DNA from: Octopus bimaculoides
Taxonomy: Eukaryota
NCBI RefSeq assembly: GCF_001194135.2
Contig: NC_068986.1
Location: 96,241,093-96,305,092, forward strand
DNA length: 64,000 bases
Direction of reading: 5' to 3'
The translations under genes were made by a program, and so were the position numbers. Of the stretch, positions 63,686 through 64,000 are shown one piece after another. Positions within the stretch are counted from its first letter, which is position 1; each line of letters begins with the position of its first letter. The notes under the pieces were generated by a model, which saw only the letters and a program-made list of their open reading frames with translations, did no database searches and was not told the origin of the DNA.

Positions 63686-64000
63686 CTGTACAATAACATC
63701 AACAACAAAATGATTTAAGTAAATATTAACAGATCACCTCCACTGACCAATTCTTCTCCTGCTATGTTGTAAAATCATCCATTAATTATTCATTTATAAA
63801 AGGAGTTACCCAATATGTGCAAACAAGAGTCTACATGGTTACTCAAGCTGATTTATATATATATATAAAACCAAGCCTCTCTCAAATAACAGTTGATCAT
63901 CTTCAAAAACTGGATAATGTAGTGTAGGGCTGTTCCCCAATAACAATGTTTAATTTGAAACTCTGGCTCAATTCTATGAAAAAATTTTCAATTACTATAT

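Overview
This is AT-rich, microsatellite-dense eukaryotic genomic DNA with five N-gaps. The repeat content (tRNA/CORE-type SINEs, RTE and CR1-group LINE relics, mariner, MITEs) points to an octopus or coleoid cephalopod draft assembly; that assignment is an inference from recall, not a database result. The only gene I can name is FTSJ3/SPB1 (pre-rRNA 2'-O-methyltransferase), whose last two coding exons lie on the minus strand (63591-63685 and 62007-62211). Most of the rest is mobile DNA: at least five SINE families (several copies with exact TSDs), a full-length but dead DD34D mariner, piggyBac-type TTAA MITEs, a hAT 3' remnant, Helitron/Helentron-like elements, LINE fragments and a Penelope-like tail. 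Between repeats I find three chains of phase-compatible exons with mostly good splice sites whose proteins I cannot identify (plus ~10.9-23.6 kb, plus ~30.1-40.9 kb, minus ~41.5-44.9 kb), and two CpG-enriched promoter-like islands (~28.6-29.7 kb; ~44.8-45.1 kb with X-box-like motifs). The best leads are a permuted hammerhead-ribozyme-like motif at 50791-50877, an inverted SINE pair enclosing a single putative exon, a PHD-like zinc-finger relic beside an inverted repeat, and composite SINE architectures. Most ORFs in the supplied track are repeat or microsatellite artefacts.
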